DNA of 64,000 nt. Source: Sminthopsis crassicaudata (taxonomy: Eukaryota). The translations under genes and the position numbers were made by a program. The stretch is taken from the NCBI RefSeq assembly GCF_048593235.1, contig NC_133617.1, forward strand, positions 674,726,958 through 674,790,957. Reading direction: 5' to 3'. The first letter of the stretch is position 1, and each line of letters opens with the position of its first letter. This document shows, one piece after another, positions 50,201-63,200 of the stretch. The notes under the pieces were generated by a model, which was not told the DNA's origin, ran no database searches, and worked only from the letters and a program-made list of their open reading frames with translations.

Positions 50201-53200
50201 TTTCCTAAATATTTCCTGGTCTTCTGTTGATAGTGTTTTATGTATCTTTTTGGGCAATTGTTAATTTAAATTTTAAACAACTTATCCAAAGTCTATTACA
50301 AGTGAGATAAGTTTATTCAAGAATTTGTGATATTATCAGTATAGGTGTTGCCACTTCTGATTCAGATCGCATTTTATCATAATAAATGATCTTCAAAGAG
50401 TTCCCATGACCCTAGCAGTACCATATTTCAAACTATATTATAGTAATCAAGAAAATAATCCGGTATTGGCTAAGAAATATAGTGATAGATTCACTGGAAT
50501 AGAGCAGTACAAAGTGTGATAACCATAGTAATCTAGTTTTTGATAAATCCAAAGATTCAAACTGGAGAACATGGAAAATTGTACTTGTCAGATATTTGGA
50601 TAAAAGAAGAGTTTTTATGACTAAGTAAGACAGACATAGATAGGCTTGTGGGAAGTAAAATGTATTTTGATTAACTGAAATTAAAAGGATTTTGCACCAT
50701 AAAACCAATGTACCCAAAATCGGGAAAGCAGGAAACAAGTTTTTTTACAGTATGTTTCTTTGATAAAGATCTCATTTCTCAAATATATAGGGAACTGAGC
50801 TAGAGTTATTAAAAAAAAAAAGCCATTCCCCAATTGATAAATGGTCAAAAGATATGAACATGCACTTTTCAGAAAAAAGCAAAACTAACACTAGTTACAT
50901 TTTTAAAAATGCTCTAAATCTCTGATTAAAGAAATGCAAATTAATACAACTCTGAGGTACCATTTCACATCTATTCAATTGGAAGAAAAAGAAAATGACA
51001 AATGCCGGGAAGGGTTGTAGAAAAATAATGACACTAATGCACTTTGATGGAGTTATGAACTGATCTGACCATTTTGGAGAACAATTTGGAACCATGCCCA
51101 AATGGCTAAAAAACTGGTGCATACCCTTTGTTTAACCCAGAAATACCTCCACTAAGTCTGTATCCCAAAAAGATCAAAGAAAATGGAAAAGGACTTTTTT
51201 GTACAAAAATATTTATAGATTTTTTTTGGTGGCAAAAATTGGAAATTAAGGAGATGCCCATCAATTTGAGAATAGATAAATGTGGCCTATCACTGTGATG
51301 GAATACTATTAAAATGATGAGTAGGATGATTTCAGAAAAATCTGGGAAGACTTATATGAACTGGTGCAAATTGAAGTGAGCAGAACCAGGAAAATATTGT
51401 ATAAATAACAGCAATACTGTAATGATGAGAAACCATGAAAGACTTAGCTACTTTAATCAATACAATGATCCAAGACAATTCCAAGAATCTATGATAAACA
51501 ACTGCTATCTATACACCTCCAGAGACAGAAATTATGAACTCTGTACAGAGGCTGAAGTATACTTTTTAAAATTTATTTTTCTTGATTTTGTGTGTTTTCT
51601 TTTGTAATATGTCTAATATGGAAATATGTTTTACATAACTTCATATGTATAATTCATATCATATTTGCTTGCCTTCTCAAAGAAACTCAAAATTTAAAAT
51701 AAGTTAATGTTGAAAAAAAATTTTTAAATGTAATTGGGAAATATTAAGTAAAACAAATTTAAAACATACATACATGTGTATGTAACATAATTTAAAGATT
51801 TGCCATGACCAAAAAACATCCTTCTGAGGCCACCATGATGATCCTCTAGAGATTAGCCTGGCCCTCAGATGGACAAATCCCAGTACATCACAAGGAGCAG
51901 ATGTGAAATATTTTTACCTTGTAGAACCTATCAGAACTTCCTCTCTGCAGAAAATTCAAAGTTTCCTTCACACCACAATGAATCAATATATATAACTTTT
52001 GTGAGTTCTGAAAATTTCACTGTTAAAGGTACGTGACAAATTATCCCAAAGAAGTTTCTACCTACCTGTCCATTACCTCTACTTCTTTCAACTTGTTCCC
52101 TTCTTTTCTGCCTTCTTTGCCGGGAGTGGAAGGGCTCAGACACAGAACTATGGGGCTGTAAGTATGGATTGATTCTATCCTGAAAATGAAAAAAACTTCG
52201 TATGTCCATGGAATGAAATGGGATTTTAGTCTTCTAAATGGCCATGCCTTCTTAGTTCCCATCCAAAAAGTATTCCTGGGGCTTAGGAGGAAAAAATTTC
52301 CCTTGGTACGTGCAGAAATTCTGAAAATAAATGCCTTCTAGCTACCCTGGACTACAATCAAAATAACATCAATCTATTCTGTCCCAATTCAGAATTCTTT
52401 GTTTCTCTTCGCCCAATTAAAAAAACAAATCATTCTGGACTATTTGTTTCCTGAATGCTACTTTCCATTCATCTCCCAGTTTGTGCATTTGCAAGGACTG
52501 TCCTGCGAATACACTCCTTCTTCACTTCAACACTAGAGAATCCATATGCATACCCTCAGCTGTTAAGTGTGCTCATTCTCTCTCTCCCTCTCTCTCTCTC
52601 TGTCTCTGTCTCTCTCTCCTTACATTTCCCTCATTGTGGGTGTATATGTTCTGTTACCTACTCAAATCTCTGCTCTTTAAGAGCAGGGAAAAATCTTATT
52701 TCTGTCTTAGTATTCTTGGTGAATACACAGTCCTATCTACTGAATAAACATTTATTGAACTTAACAACTCTTTGAGCTAAGAATTTTCTATAACCTTTTA
52801 ATGGAAAAAATAATTGTAAATGTGTGGTTCAGCAAAACACCATTTGTTTCTTTTAAATTTTGAATTTAATTCCTGATGAAAACTAGTAATTTGGATATAA
52901 ATATATAACCTACTTTCAATAATTTAATTTAATTAATACTATAAAAAGCCTTTCAGTAATTTCCATGCAACAACTTTTAGGTGTAAAAATCTCCAAATGC
53001 AGAGGACTAAATTTAGATGGTTATAGAAAAGAATCAATGCATATCTTATGCATGAAAATTGGATAAGAAAATGCATTTCCCTCCTTTCTTTGGAGAGTGA
53101 GGAGCTATGAATGTGGAACTGCACACACCTGACTGAGAAAGTGCTTCATTTTGCTGAACTAATTTTTTTTTCTTTATTCTTTTTTTTTTTTTTTTCTTTC

Positions 53201-56200
53201 TGTTACAAGGAAAAGCTCACTGGGTAAGACTTAAAGGAAAATGCACTCAGAAATGAAGGTAATATAAAAAACAAAATATATTCCTAAAATTACAAATGGA
53301 AAAAAAAAAGGGTTTAATTGAAAAATAACAAATTAAAACAAAATGGAGACATTCCAAATTTACTATTATAATGTCTGTGTTTTGAGGTGGAGCCAAGATG
53401 GTGACACAAAGGCAGGAATTCCTTTAAATAATGACTCTAAATGAATTTTAGAGCAAAAGAAGACCCAAAAAGATGAGTAGAACATTTTTCAGCCAAAGAT
53501 AACTTAGAAGCTCAGTAGAACAGGATGGGATACCTGGATGGGAGTCTAGCATTCAGTTCTGGTGCGGGCCATGCCAGTGCAGTACTAGACCCAGCTCTGG
53601 TCCAGGCCCAGGCCTAACCTCTAACTCAGCAGAAGTACTGGTGGTTTCCAGACCTCTCAGCTGAGAGACACTAAAGAGGAGCTTAGAAGGTCAGCAGAAA
53701 AGGCCTGTGGGACTAGAATGGGGGCTACTGAGCAATCTCAGCACAGGCTTGGACCCCAGCATCAGTGAGGCAGGACCTCTGAATCAGCAGCAGTACTGGA
53801 GGCTAGTGGACCTCTCAGCCTGGGGACACTAGGGAAGACTCAGAAGGTCAGTTGAGAGGGTCTGTGGCAAAGGGGTAGGGATCTGGTGTGCAGTCCCTGT
53901 GCAGCCTTGGCTAGCACACTAGACCTTACAGCTACTGTGAGGCAGGGACACACCTAACAGCTCTAGGGCAGAAAACAGTGTTGGGGTCAGATTTTTGAAA
54001 ATAACTACATAAAACCCCAGAAGGTTGGAACAGTGTACCCTCCACGCTGTAAACAGAGCTGTACTTTAACAAAGAATTAAAAGCAGAGTAATAGGCTAGG
54101 AAAATGAGCAGAAAACAAAAAAAGGTTCTGACCACTGAAAGTTATTATGGAAAGTTATTATACAAGGAAGATCAAAACACACACTCAGAAGATGATAAAG
54201 TTAAAGCTCCTACATTCAAAGCCTCAAAGAAAATTAAGAATTGGGCTCAGGTTATGGAAGTACTCAAAAGGGATTTTGAAAATCATATAAGAGAGATAAG
54301 AGGAAAAATTAGGGAAAGAATTGAGAAAGGTGCAAAAGGAAATACAAAAAGCTAATGAGGAGAAGAATGCTTTAAAAAGCAAAATTGGCCAACTGGGAAA
54401 GAAAGTACAAAAGCTCACAGAGGAAAATAAATTTGAGCAAATGGAAGCTAATGACTTTATGAGAAATCAAGATACAATAAAGCAAAACCGAAAAAATGGA
54501 AAAAAAAACTGGAAATATCTCATTGGAAAAATAACTGACTTGGAAAACAGATACAGGAGAGATCATTTAAAAATTATTGGTCTAACTGATGCTAAGTGAA
54601 GTGAATAGAACCAAGAGAATACTGTACACAGCAAAAACAAGATCGTACAATGATCAATTCTAACAGACATGGATCTTTTCAACAGCAAGATAATTCAGGC
54701 CAATTCCAATGGTCTTAGAGTGGAGAGAGGGGTATAGGGACTGATGTGGATCACAATATATTATTTTCATTCTTTTTGTTGTTGTTTTCTTGTATTTTGT
54801 TTTCTTCTTTTTTCCTTTTGGATCTGATTTTTCTTGTGCAGCATGATAATTGTGGAAATATGTATAGAAGAAATGCACGTGTTTAACATTTATTAGATTA
54901 CTTACCACCTAGGGGATGGGGTGTAGAGAAAGAAGGGAAAGGAAAATTTGGAACACAGGATTTTGCAGGAGTTCTGTACATGTGTGTGTGTGTTTTTTTT
55001 TAATAAAAAGCTTTAAATTAAAAAGAAAAAGTTATTATTTTTTTTAATTTTATTGGTCTACCTGAAATTAATGCTCAAGAGCCGAACATCATCTTTCAAG
55101 GAAAACTGTCCTGATATTCTAAAACCAATGGGTAAAAGAGAAAATGAAAGAATCCACCAATCACTTCCTGAAAGAGATCCCAAAATGAAAACTCCCTGGA
55201 ATATTATAGCCAAATTCCAGAACTCTCAGATCAAGTTGAAAATATTGCAAGCATCCAAAAAGAAACAATTCAAATACAGTGAAGCCACAATCAGGATAAG
55301 ACAAGAGTTAGTATCTTCTATATTAAAAGACTGGAGGGCTTGGAATATGATATTCCAGAGAATAATAGAGTTAGGATTGCAACCAAGAATCACCTACCCA
55401 GCAAAACTTTTTCCATCAGAGGAAAAGGTAGACATTCAATGAAATAGAGGGTTTTCAACCATCCGTAATGAAAAGATCAGAGCTAAATGAAAAATTTGAT
55501 TTTCAAATACAAGACTCTGGAGCAGCATAAGGAGGTAAACAGGAAAGTGATATCATAAGGAATTTAAGGTTTATCTGTATACATTCCTATATGGAAGGAT
55601 GATACTTGTAACTCATTAGAACACTCATTATTATAGCAGTTATAAGGAATATATAGACAAAGGGAATGGGTATGAGTTGAATATGAGAGGATATCTTTTT
55701 TTTTTTAATGATGAAATTAAAGGGTGAGAAGGGAATGTACAGAGAGAAGGAAAAGAAGAAGTGAAATGGTTCAAATTATCTGCCCTAAAAAGAGGCAAGA
55801 AAAAGCTTTTACAGTGGAAGGGAAGAAGGGGACAAGAGGGTAAATGAGAGATCCTTACTCTCATTAGAATTGGCTCAAATAGGAAATAGCATACATATGC
55901 AATAGGGGCAAATAAATCTATCTTACCCTGCAGGAAAATAGAAGGGAAACAGGATATGAGAAAGGAGAGAAGGCATATTGGAAAAGGGAATGCTCAGTAG
56001 CAAAACAGTTTTTAAGGAGGAATAGGGTGAAAGGAATGAGAGAATAAATGGGGGGGAAATACAATTAGCAATAGTAACGGTAAAAAAGTTTTTGAAGCAA
56101 GTTTCTTTATTTCTCAGACACAGAGGGAACTGTCAAATTTATAAAAAATAAAAGGCATGACCAAATTGACAACTAATCAAAAGATATGATCTGTGAACAA

Positions 56201-59200
56201 ATTCATGCATATCCTTTGACTTGACTTAACACTACTACTAGTCCTGAATATTAAAAGAGATTCAGGAAAAAAAAAGGAAAATGACCTATATATACAAAAA
56301 ATATTCATAGCAGCTCTCTTCTTAGGACAACAAAAATTTAGAAATTGAGGAGATGCCCATCAAATGGGGAATGGCTCAATAAACTATGATATTTGCTTGT
56401 GATGGAATATTATTATTCTCTGAGAAATGATGAACAAGATGCTCTCAGGAAAAAAAAAATAAACCTACAAAGTCCTCCATGAACAAAGTGAAATAAGTGT
56501 TTTGTGTACCTAACTTGTTCCACTGATCCACTACTCTCTTTCTTAGCCAGTACCAAATGTTTTTATGATTGTTACTTTATAATATAGTTTTAATCTGGTA
56601 CAGCTAGGTTACTATCTTGAGTGATTTTTACAAAATTTATAAAGTGTTTCATTAGGAACTAAATAAGATCAAGTCAGCTGATCAAATTCTAACAAGAAAA
56701 AAAAAAAACATAATTTATCAGTTGAACAAGTAAGATATATTCACTAAAAGGTTAAGAGACTTACCAGGACAACAGGAACAAATGGTGCTAAGAGCTTTTC
56801 AGTGGAGTCCAAACTATCCTGAAACAAGAAGGTCTTGTATTTTCGTGAACAAATAAAACCCAGAAGAAAGAATAAGTAGTATGAAAATGGTACTCAAAGT
56901 AACTCTCAAAACTTCTGTGAATGTAATCTAAGAGCCAAATAAGGAATAAGAATGATAATTTTTAATCCTCTACTTCATTTCATCTTCGGAGTTCTAGGAT
57001 ACCAATTTTTAAAAAATATCCTCACTATTCTACTTTACCTTTCCAATCCTCTGATTGACTCCTTTCTTAATCCTCTGATGACTCCTTTCTCTTAATTAAA
57101 CAATTATCTAATTCATTTTTTACTATACATCTTCTCTAGAAGCTGATTAAAACTTGCTCACATGGTGGTGGAAATGCACTGAATACTAAGGAAAAATAAT
57201 TTTTAAAAATCAGAACTAGTAATGGAGTTGGCTTAGTCCTAGATAGTGAGGAGGGAGGGAAAAAGAGATGATGGAAAGTTAGGAAGATGCAAGAGAGGGA
57301 AAAGGGATGGAAATCTATGCAGCTGTTGAATTTTTCCCTATCTACTATCATAAGTGGTAGAGAACAGGATAAGATAGCTAAACGTGCCTTTAGTGCAAAT
57401 CTCTTGTTTTAGCTTTTATATAAAAGGGTATATGAAATATCTTATTGTTTAAAATCTTCTTTTTAAAACAGACCTAAACAAGATATCTTAACCAGTACTT
57501 CCTACAGTACTCTGAAACTGAGAGTTGACAATGGCCAAAAACCTCACCTGGTGCATTGGCTTGAGATCCTTGTGTAAAGGCTGCAAAAGTTTCATCGTGT
57601 CATTCTCTTCATCAGCGACCTCAATAGAAGTCTGAGAGGGAGCTAAATTTTCAGGTTTAGTACTCAGTTGCTGCCTCTGTTCCTTCACTGGAGATACATT
57701 TAATTTAGCTTCTGGCTCATCAAAAATATTAGAATATTTTGATTTGTCATCTTGCAGTAAATTGTCGCTCTTTGAGTTTCTCCTTTCAGTGGCAGGTAAG
57801 ATGTTAATATCCACTTTGCTGATTGTTGCTAAAGATTCTCCAAGGCTGTGCACTTCATTCTTATTGGGACGACTTTTAGGACAGGCTACTTCTGAGAGGC
57901 AAGTATCCATAGGCTTATTACCTTGGGGTAGACATTTTTCTTCAACCTGCAAATATGCTTTAAGAATTACTATGGTACTACTATCTCAAGTGTTTTAACA
58001 ATCCACATTATTTAAAATGTTCTAAATAAATTAACTTTATTACCTTTCTTCTGGATGGAGTTTTAGAATTAATCCATTTTTTTAACAGGATATTCTTTTA
58101 AAAATTACAACTATTCCCACATACAGTCTGATAAGCTATTATTTTAACTATTGTTTTAAAATGTGTCCTTTTAAAGAAACATACCTCTGTAGATATCTTG
58201 GATTGCTTTGAGAAACATTGCTGAGAGATGATTCCTTCATTTTCTGATTCAATTTTTACAGAAATAACTTCAGCAGCAGGTTTGATTTTAGAATTGCCAT
58301 TTTTAATATGACTTTTGGAAGTTCTCCTTCATAAAAAGAAAACAAAGGAAATATATTAAATGTGGCAAGATTCAAACATTTATTAAGCATAAGGTGCTTA
58401 ATACCTTGTGCTAGGTGGGCTGGGGGTTACAAAGACAAAAAAGGAAAAAGTATACTCTACTGCGGTAAAAACATACACAGATCAGAAAATACAAAATACA
58501 GACACAATACAGTCCTAATAAGTTAGGCAGAAGAGTGGGTAGTTTTGATCTTGGAATCAAGAAGTCCAAAGTTCAAATTTAGCCTCATAAACTTATTATC
58601 TGTGTGATCTTGGGGAAGTCACTTAAATTGTCTGCCTGAGTTTCCTCATCTGTCATGTGAGGTAGCATTTAACTCTTACTATTGTTTTAAGACTTGGATG
58701 AGAGATTTATAAACTTTAAGGTGCTATATGAAATGCTATCTATTATTTTTCAGCTCTTTCTACTGAAAATATTTCTTTGGTTTGCCTTCTTTGTTATGAG
58801 TCTAGATGGAGTGTGCTACAGTAGATAAAAGTACTGATCTTGCAAGGGAAGAATGCAAATCCAGTTTCTGACTCAGACGGAGGAAACAAATCACTTAGCC
58901 TAAGGCTTCTCTGAAGAGTCAAGGCCTAGCTACAAGCTGTTTTAGAGAGGGCACCCACAAAGTCATAGTCACAGATCCATTACATACTAACGTACACAGG
59001 AATCTAAAGAGTGGGAATGGACTTTCCTTTGCTATGAAGGGCTGCGAGGTTCTCATTGGACATCACTGACCTCTGTCCAGGACCTGAGGCACAGATGTAG
59101 AGGTAAAGGTCAGGTGTGATATGAATCGTGCTCAAGCCCTAAGTTGCTTCCTCCCTTAAACTTCCTCATTCTGTGACTTCTAGTATATTCCCTCCTCATT

Positions 59201-61615
59201 GTTCATTCTTGACCTCCAGAGTCACTATTCCTCTCTCCCTGCCCTCAGGACCCACACATGGCTCAGATAGGATTCTTGATTAGGTCTGTCTTAAAAACAG
59301 ATTATCTTTGAGGACCTTTCCAACTCTAAAATTCTATAACTTGGAAGAAGGTAAGGGGGTGGGGTGAGGATGAGAATAAAAAGGGAAAATAAGGAAAGGT
59401 CTCTTGTAGGAGGAGGCACTTGAGCTGAAGCTTGGAATTAGGCAGACCAAAGACAGAAATAAGGAGGAAGAACACTTTGGGCAATGGGGACAGCCTGTAC
59501 AAAAACATTAGAGACAGAAGAAGATTGTCATACATGAGTAAATCAGACCAGTTTGGCTGGAATGTAGAATACATAAATAGAGTACATTAAAAAAAAAATG
59601 TAATAGACCATATTAAAGGAGCACAACGCCCTCTCCTGGGGGATCAGCTTCCTGCAATCTCTTTAAGCCCCCACAGTGGACAATCACAATGCTATGAACT
59701 AATGTGACATAGCAGAGAGCATTATAGACTTGGAGTTAGAAGGAGTGGGATTCCAGTGTGAGAGAAAGTGAGCCCAAAGCTCTGGAAACAGCTGTTTGGG
59801 GAGAAAAGGACAGGAGACAAAATGAGAGCTTACTTTTCTGGGGGATCCCTCATGGGTCCTTCAGAGATCAGAGAGTAACTTATTAGATATTAACAAATCC
59901 TATGTAGCCAAAACAAATTAGTCTTTGTCTTGACCCTTTAGGTTTCCAATTTTAACAAAAACAAAAAAGACAAGAGAATTTAGCCACCTAAGGCATTTAC
60001 TATAAAGATTTGGCTTTAGAGTCCTACCTAGAGAAATATTAAAAATATAGACACCTTCCTTTACTGCAACTATGAAACTTTTTAACCCAGATTCTTGTAT
60101 GAAAAATATCTTACGCCTTTGTGACCTCCAAAAATAAAGAAATATGACGTTTTATGTAGGGCTGCCTAAGGATGCTTCTCACAGAGGGTCTTTCCTCAGG
60201 CTTCTTGCTCAACATAGTTCTTATCAGTTCTGCCAGTTGTGGGCTATAGTCCTTTGGCATTGGTGGCAGCTGTAGGAAGAAACAACAGGACAAATAAAAC
60301 TCAAATACTGGATAGAAAAAAAGTAAATCATCTCCAATAGTTTCCAACATGCATTTACAGCCACCAAGCTGACCTGCTCAGTGTATCTGTCCCAAGATAG
60401 CAATGGCTAAGCTGTTGTGACTGGAATAACAAGTTTTGGATACTTATAATGTCATAATTTTTATATCTAATCTATAAACAGTTCAATAAGATGCTAGCAA
60501 GAAATGGGCTAGTTATGTGATGAGATCAAGGGATGAAAGATGGATAGCCACAGTGTTCCAACTTGGTCTCTGCAGTAGGGGATCCTCATATTCACCCAGC
60601 CATCATGCAAAGGATATTATGTCAAACCATTAATCATGAAATGCTATTAAGAGGACTTGCTACATAATCCATAATAACATTTTCTGCAATTCTCAACTTA
60701 AGAATAGACATGAGTTGTTGCAAATGATGACTACTATAGAACAAAAATATGATCAAATCCACAAAGTGACTTATTTTCAATGGTTTTCATTTAATAACTA
60801 CTTAATATCAAACTTAACAAACTTAATATCAAATATAAATGGACTACATACCCCCCAAAAGTTCCATGAAATCTGTATTGTTGCAAGCTCCCCATTTTCA
60901 AAAAAGTCACCCCATAATATTTTTCTAAAGCCATTAAATCAGTCTTACAATTGGTACTAAAAAGTATTATCAGTCCATTTCTCCCCCTTCTAAGCTCACC
61001 TTTTCCCATGAGGTACGATATTTTTTTCTGCTCATTCAATATAAAATAATGATTACCCAGAAAGTGGTTATTTGCAAAGAAGAGCTAAATAAATCTTATT
61101 CCCAACACTAAATACTATCAGTTCTAGATTTGTTTTTACCTTTCCTTCAATAATTCGATAAACTAAAGAATTCATGTCTTTTGCATTGAAAGCATGTTTC
61201 AGTGTAGCCATTTCATAAACACAGCATCCCAAAGCCCAAACATCAGACTGGAAATAGAAAAAGAAAGTGTGTCAACATAGTTATATGCTTATTAATTTTC
61301 AAAATAAAATATAATTTTCCTTATACAAATTTAAAGACAACTCTGCCCTTTTGTTCCTGCAAACAAAACATGAACAAATAGAAGCAGGATCAGTTGAGAA
61401 TTGCAGCTCTTCCCTACCTTATAGTTGTAGGGTTTGTTTGAAAATAATTCAGGACTCATGTAGTATGGTGTCCCAATGAGTGTACTGGCCATGTCGTACT
61501 GATTTTCTAACACTCGGGCAATCCCCAGATCGCCTACTTTGATAATATTTGTTCTTGTTAAGAAGACATTTTGAGTTTTCAGATCTCGATGAAGGATGTG
61601 TTTTTCATGTAAATA
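35837..61615 (-). CDS. NEK4: NIMA-related kinase 4, partial (first two coding exons beyond window end); 14 exons, 671 aa in window
   Basis: Exons (-): 61615-61418, 61247-61140, 60269-60115, 58326-58185, 57946-57548, 56818-56765, 52179-52066, 49819-49670, 48824-48758, 47978-47872, 43468-43380, 39144-38939, 36651-36518, 35929-35837 (2016 nt, frame-consistent, GT-AG). Kinase motifs [27 protein letters not shown]; [12 protein letters not shown]; ends KFFEENVNF*. Confidence 0.95.
36690..37400 (+). mobile_element. L1 3' end fragment
   Basis: gcataccctttgatctagcagtgtc ... gaatgagttatggtatatgaatg, 3' UTR and tail. Confidence 0.8.
37540..38700 (+). mobile_element. L2 fragments
   Basis: L2-like purine-rich sequence around a dinucleotide repeat. 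Approximate. Confidence 0.55.
38262..38350 (+). repeat. (GT)n microsatellite followed by GA-rich tract
   Basis: About 18 GT units then (GA)n/GGA. Confidence 0.95.
39180..42000 (-). mobile_element. Degraded long L1 (ORF2 RT region plus upstream parts)
   Basis: ORF 40204-40398 (-) [31 protein letters not shown] resembles the L1 RT segment preceding FADD. Surrounding T-rich L1 antisense texture. Boundaries approximate. Confidence 0.75.
44023..44434 (-). mobile_element. Probable solo ERV LTR in NEK4 intron
   Basis: TG...CA-type ends (minus strand starts TGTAGAGGACTGAAAC), GC-richer than flanks, resembles marsupial LTRs from memory. No clean TSD, so boundaries uncertain. Confidence 0.6.
45706..46166 (-). 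mobile_element. 5'-truncated L1 3' end with TSD
   Basis: Same 3' UTR family as 24423-25077. Flanks TGCCACTTG(CTTG)GTATTTA at 45686-45705 and TGCCACTTGGTATTTA at 46167-46182. Confidence 0.9.
46300..47780 (+). mobile_element. L2 LINE fragment
   Basis: Long purine-rich L2-like body (atggggattgaggaaaagtgatcagatttgg). Approximate. Confidence 0.65.
49258..49338 (+). mobile_element. WSINE1-type SINE running into an assembly gap
   Basis: gggcagctaggtggtacagtggatagagcaccagcc ... gagttcaaat, truncated by Ns. Confidence 0.85.
49339..49495. other. Assembly gap (157 N)
   Basis: Run of n characters. Confidence 1.
50560..51730 (+). mobile_element. L1 ORF2 3' region and 3' UTR, degraded
   Basis: aaagaaatgcaaattaatacaactctgaggtaccatttcaca and downstream L1 C-terminal motifs. 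Confidence 0.8.
53385..56480 (+). mobile_element. Degraded L1 with 5' UTR and ORF1, internally deleted and interrupted
   Basis: Starts gaggtggagccaagatgg. ORF1 pieces in ORFs 54104-54355, 54321-54599 ([16 protein letters not shown]) and 55053-55442 (ENCPDIL...RIHQS...[10 protein letters not shown]...[12 protein letters not shown]). Confidence 0.85.
54585..55050 (+). mobile_element. L1 3' end nested inside ORF1 of the older L1
   Basis: TSD TATTGGTCTA at 54575-54584 and 55051-55060. Removing it rejoins the ORF1 motif IIGL/PE. Confidence 0.88.
58520..58745 (+). mobile_element. MIR SINE
   Basis: ttggaatcaagaagtccaaagttcaaat ... agtttcctcatctgt. Confidence 0.75.
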
Positions 61616-61987
61616 CTGTGAGGGAGAAAGAATACTTCATTAGTAGCCCACAAAACCCTCAATATCTTTTAGATCATTGTTTTGGAGTCCCTGGGCTATT
61701 TTCTTTGTAATAATCCTCATTATTATATAAAAGGCTTAATGTAGACCCTTTGAAAGTAAGAAAATTAAATCCCATACATGTCTCTCCTGAAGTTTCTAGG
61801 CATTTATATATTAAGACATGTCTTTTCAAGTAAGAACAATGTAAAAGGAAACCTCCAATGATTTCCAAAAAGTTGCCTTTCTTGAATTACACAAACCCAG
61901 TTAAAACTATTCTATTTTTTTTCCACCAAAGGTAGAAAATACAATTACACTGAGTTGAGTATTGAGGTATTGAGTACTGAGGCAGAT

Positions 61988-62114
61988 TTCTTTTTTTGCT
62001 GAGACAATTGGGGTTAAGTGACTTGTCCAGGGTCACACAGCTAGAAAGTGTTAAGTGTCTGAGGGCAGATTTGAACTCAGGTTCTCCTGACTTTATTATA
62101 CCACCTAGCTGCCC
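61988..62114 (-). mobile_element. WSINE1-type SINE with near-perfect TSD
   Basis: Reverse-complement SINE; TGAGGCAGAT 61978-61987 vs TGAGGTAGAT 62115-62124. Confidence 0.88.
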
Positions 62115-62899
62115 TGAGGTAGATGTTTTATTCAAGACAATATCACAGATTTAGAGATTTAAATGAATGATGGAAATCATCTAGTTCATTTTTAATTTTA
62201 TAAAGGATCCAAGAGCAGAAAGTAACCGCAACGGCCATGCAGAAACACTAACATTTAAACCTGAGACTTTTTCCAGCCCCTAGGCAGCCTCTGTTACTTC
62301 CATTTTCCAGATCAGGAAGCTGGGGCACAGAAGATAAATTCCTAGCCTGGATAACACAGTCAGTGTCAGAGCCATAACCAGAATGAAATGAAACTCAAGT
62401 TTTTTAAATTTTTGGCCCACAATTACTCCATTAGAGTCAAGACAATAGAGGGAAGCAGAAAGAAAACTGAAGTTGGTGTCAGAAAGGCCTGTATTCCAAT
62501 CCTGTCTCAGAAACTTCCTATAGGACAACAAGCAAGTTACTTAATTTCTGAACCTCAGTCTTCTTATCTGTGGAATAGAGGCAGTAAGACCTGTATAGAG
62601 AACCTCATTGGATCACTGAGAAGCTTACATCAAAGTGCTTTGCAAATGTGAAAGAACTCTATCCATGCGATCACAGTGTCCAAAATCAATTCCTTCTCAC
62701 CAATGGGGCTTGTCCCTATCTGTCTCTGCTGTTCTCTTGTTTTCTATTAACTTCTTTTTTTTTTTAATGCTGGCATGGAAAGGATAACTGTGGAAGAGAG
62801 ATGTGGTGTGCACCCCCAAGGTCCATCCTGAAGCAGGGCCAGAGAATTATTTCTATGTACAGTGTCCTTGACAATCTGCATAGACCCTTGCAAGAAAAT

Positions 62900-63200
62900 G
62901 TGCTTAGCCATTCTCCAACTGATAAATGATCAAAGGATATAACAGACAATTTTCAGATGATGAAATTGAAAGTATTTCTACCCATATGAAAAGATGCTCC
63001 AAATTATTATTGATCAGAGAAATACAAATTAAGACAACTCTGAGATACCACTACACACCTGTCAGATTGGCTAAGATGACAAGAAAAGACAATGACAAAT
63101 GTTGGAGGGGATGTGGGGAAACTGGGACACTGATATACATTGTTGGTGAAGTTGTGAACAGATCCAACCATTCTAAAGAGCAGTTTGGAACTATGCTCTT
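62900..63200 (+). mobile_element. L1 ORF2 C-terminal fragment
   Basis: ORF 62926-63285: HMKRCSKLLLIREIQIKTTLRYHYTPVRLA...CWRGCGETGTL, the Cys-rich region of L1 ORF2. Confidence 0.9.

Noticed and set aside
2525-61615. U12-type or non-canonical introns
   Set aside because: All introns in the four gene models are GT-AG and none has the GTATCCT U12 donor.
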